64,000 nucleotides of DNA from Heteronotia binoei. Taxonomy: Eukaryota. A program made the translations under genes and the position numbers. Shown here in pieces: positions 61,414-64,000 of this stretch; position 1 is the first letter of the stretch; each line of letters opens with the position of its first letter. Where the stretch lies: assembly GCF_032191835.1 (NCBI RefSeq), contig NC_083243.1, positions 164,610,001-164,674,000 on the forward strand, written 5' to 3'. The notes under the pieces were generated by a model, which did not search any database, was not told the DNA's origin, and saw nothing but the letters and a program-made list of their open reading frames with translations.

Positions 61414-61567
61414 CTGGGCAGGTGAGCCTCCTGCAGTGCCTTCTCCACATCCATGTCATCACTATCAAAGTCCACCAGGATAATGTTGAAGTTGGCATCC
61501 TTGGTCTTCAAGTATAGGTGGGCCATGTCAGAGATAAACTGCTGCACCCAACGTGCCTGGTTTTTCA
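61414..61567 (-). CDS. B4GALNT4: B4GALNT4 coding exon (154 bp)
   Basis: Acceptor tcttgcag|, donor CCAG|gtaaca. Encodes [52 protein letters not shown]. Confidence 0.96.
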
Positions 61568-62675
61568 CTGCAAGATACGAATACAGACCATTGGGCTTTC
61601 ATACAGCAAATTAATCATGGACAAGCAGCTCTGTAGTGAAAGGTTCTCATTCACAATATCTATCCTGCCACAAATCCACAGAGGAAGGAGAATAATACTC
61701 TCAGCAAGTGTTCCCAGCCTAACCAAGAATTTAGCAATATTCAACCTTTGACAATTCAGTATTCTATTAACAGAGATAATTATATAGGAAGAGACTGCAA
61801 AAACAGAGTTGTGTTGTTTCTCTTATCACCTACTGCTCAGCGTGTATTTTGCATTTTCATATTCTCACCACAGAATATGATTTCTGTATATGAAAATATA
61901 TGACATTTTCATAAGTTAGGTCACAGAATGTGGCTTTTTTTGGTACAGTGTATGGCTCCCCCCTCTACAGCAGCATGTTTGAGGAATGTGGTTGTATTTC
62001 TATGATAGCAAGTCACTAAGACTTTTACAGAGCAGGAGAGACACCATACCTTTCTCATGACCTTGTCCATGCCAAATCTCTCTGTAATAGCCATGGTAAC
62101 AGCCTGATTCCTCATGATTACTTTCCATGTAGAATGAAGAAACCTTGCAGGGGGAGCTGTTCTCCTGGAAATCCCAGGCCAAAGCCTTATTCCACCCTTA
62201 CTCACTGGGACTGATGCCCTGGACGTGGACATTTCTCATACAATTTCCTTATTTCATCTGTTCTCAGAATGGCATAGGATACAAAGATGGTGCTTCAGCA
62301 ACCTCCTTCCTCAGTGTATGTATTAAACAGGCTGAAGTCTCAATCAAAGCCTTTCTGGGACTTGGAGAGATGCTTTTGTCCCAGAAACATGCAGACAGTT
62401 TGAGAGAACGGTCACTGCCTGCACACATGCCAGATGTGCAGGTTTTTATATCATTTCAAAAACTGACAAATATGTTTGACCAGATGCAACAGAGGAAAGA
62501 AAGACTCATGTATACTATGGGGAAGAAAACCTTCTCTCGCACCATTTTCAATTATCTTTAAAAAACTATAATCTATATCTAGCTTTGCTTAGGTCTCCCT
62601 CCCTTTTTGCTTGGGTGGCAGAAGACAAATTTCTGCTCATGGACTATCGAAGCATCCATTCGTCGGGGATCTCAC

Positions 62676-62989
62676 CTGGCACCACAAAATGTACCATGAC
62701 ATCACGCCTCCAGTTAAGCTGCTGAGGCCGGCAAAGGATGGGCTTTCCATACAGCAGACTCCAGGCACTAGGTGGTGGCTGAGACTCAGTGGACACAGTT
62801 GCAGGCCCTTCAGGGTTGACTTCAGTGCTGTCTTCTGACTTGCCCTGGTGCAACAGGACATAGATGTACTCTGAGAGCCGTACAGTCCTCTGACCCCTCT
62901 CCATCAACTCCAGCTCCACCAGATAGCGGTTTCCCCGGGCTGTGTCTCGCCGTTTCTCCACATTGATGATCCGCAAGAGGGTGTAGATG
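62676..62989 (-). CDS. B4GALNT4: B4GALNT4 coding exon (314 bp)
   Basis: Acceptor cccacag|, donor CCAG|gtgaga. Encodes IYTLLRIINVEKRRDTARGNRYLVELELMERG...LCRPQQLNWRRDVMVHFVVP; in frame with both neighbouring exons. Confidence 0.96.
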
Positions 62990-63771
62990 CTGTGGGTGGG
63001 AGAATGTGATGACGATATGATCTCAGGTCTGTCCAAATCCCATTTGCCCCACCTCAGAAACCCTGTTACTTGTTTTAAAACTGGACTAGGATCTTAAGAG
63101 ACATCCTAGTGTACACAGAAGGCCTCTCCAGCTGTGGTTAATAGTAGTGGCAATAACCCTCTTGGGGAGCCCTGACCCAGCGAGCCTAATCCTCAATAGT
63201 ATTATTTGGAATACTAAAACCTACTATGGAAACGGGACTTAATGCAGTCACCAGACTTCAACTCCTACAAGCATTCCCATAAGTGGAGAGGTCTTCTTCA
63301 AACCATCAAAACTTTTATTGCATCTCACCATCTATCTGACAGAGAAGGAACAAGGAACTTATACTCACTTCAGGCAAGCCAGGAGGACTTGATCAAAGAA
63401 TCCTTGGACTAAGGCTAGATAAAATGGGAACCTGGCCACTGCATTGGAACAGGAAGGCTTGTAAGTCTGATTTGCCTGAACCTTTGTATACATGCTGTTT
63501 TTGTGAAAGTTACCCCAGGAGAGTTACCTGTGGCCCCTCCATGTTCTGAAATTAGTAACAAGCTGTAGTTGCTCAGGGAAGAATAATCTCAGTTACATTT
63601 ACTGAATTACCCTTTGCCACTGCTTAAGGGAAAGGCTCCCAGCTATCCAAAAGTCAAGACAGGAAACAGGAAAAAGCATCATGTGTGATCTCCTAAGTGG
63701 GAAGGGTTGGTAAATGTACATAGCTCACTCCTGCTCCTACCTACTAGGTTAGTCAACATCCCCCTTCCTAC

Positions 63772-64000
63772 CCGCCATTCTTCTCATTCAGTTTCTCCAT
63801 ATACTGGGCCACCACATCGACCACCTCACTCTCGCTCAGCTGCAGGTTTCCTGAGACATTGCACCGCAGGTCATTCCAGTCTGAGCGCAATAGCTCAAAG
63901 TCCACAGGGCTGACACTGAACGTCCTTTGCCAATTGATGGAGTCCTCTAGCCAGCTCTGCTGCAGCTCAGAGTTCTCATAGCTGTAGTCAGCCAGTTCCT
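63772..64000 (-). CDS. B4GALNT4: B4GALNT4 coding exon, partial (continues beyond the window edge)
   Basis: Manual translation [76 protein letters not shown] matches the B4GALNT4 segment [29 protein letters not shown]. Ends at donor GG|gtagga (phase 2). Confidence 0.95.

Overview
Vertebrate genomic DNA from a squamate reptile, probably a gecko (Sauria/Squam-type SINEs, BovB, CR1, L2, L1 and many hAT MITEs). The only confidently identified protein-coding gene is the 3' part of B4GALNT4 on the minus strand: six coding exons from the window edge (64000) to the stop at 54393, all joining in frame through GT-AG introns. The rest is intergenic or repeat-rich. It contains a CpG-island promoter at ~13.4-14.4 kb whose gene I cannot identify, a 27 x 70-bp tandem array (8651-10537), a full-length but frameshifted L1-clade LINE with an 18-bp TSD (37035-42821), a 35-nt U2 snRNA retrocopy with TSD, a dense transposon nest at 28-36 kb, and three related, fully palindromic MITEs with 3-bp TSDs (Harbinger-like). 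I found no convincing new multi-gene system. The best leads are the foldback MITE family with an apparent target-site preference, the unassigned promoter, and the polarised tandem array. There is an assembly gap at 60783-60971.
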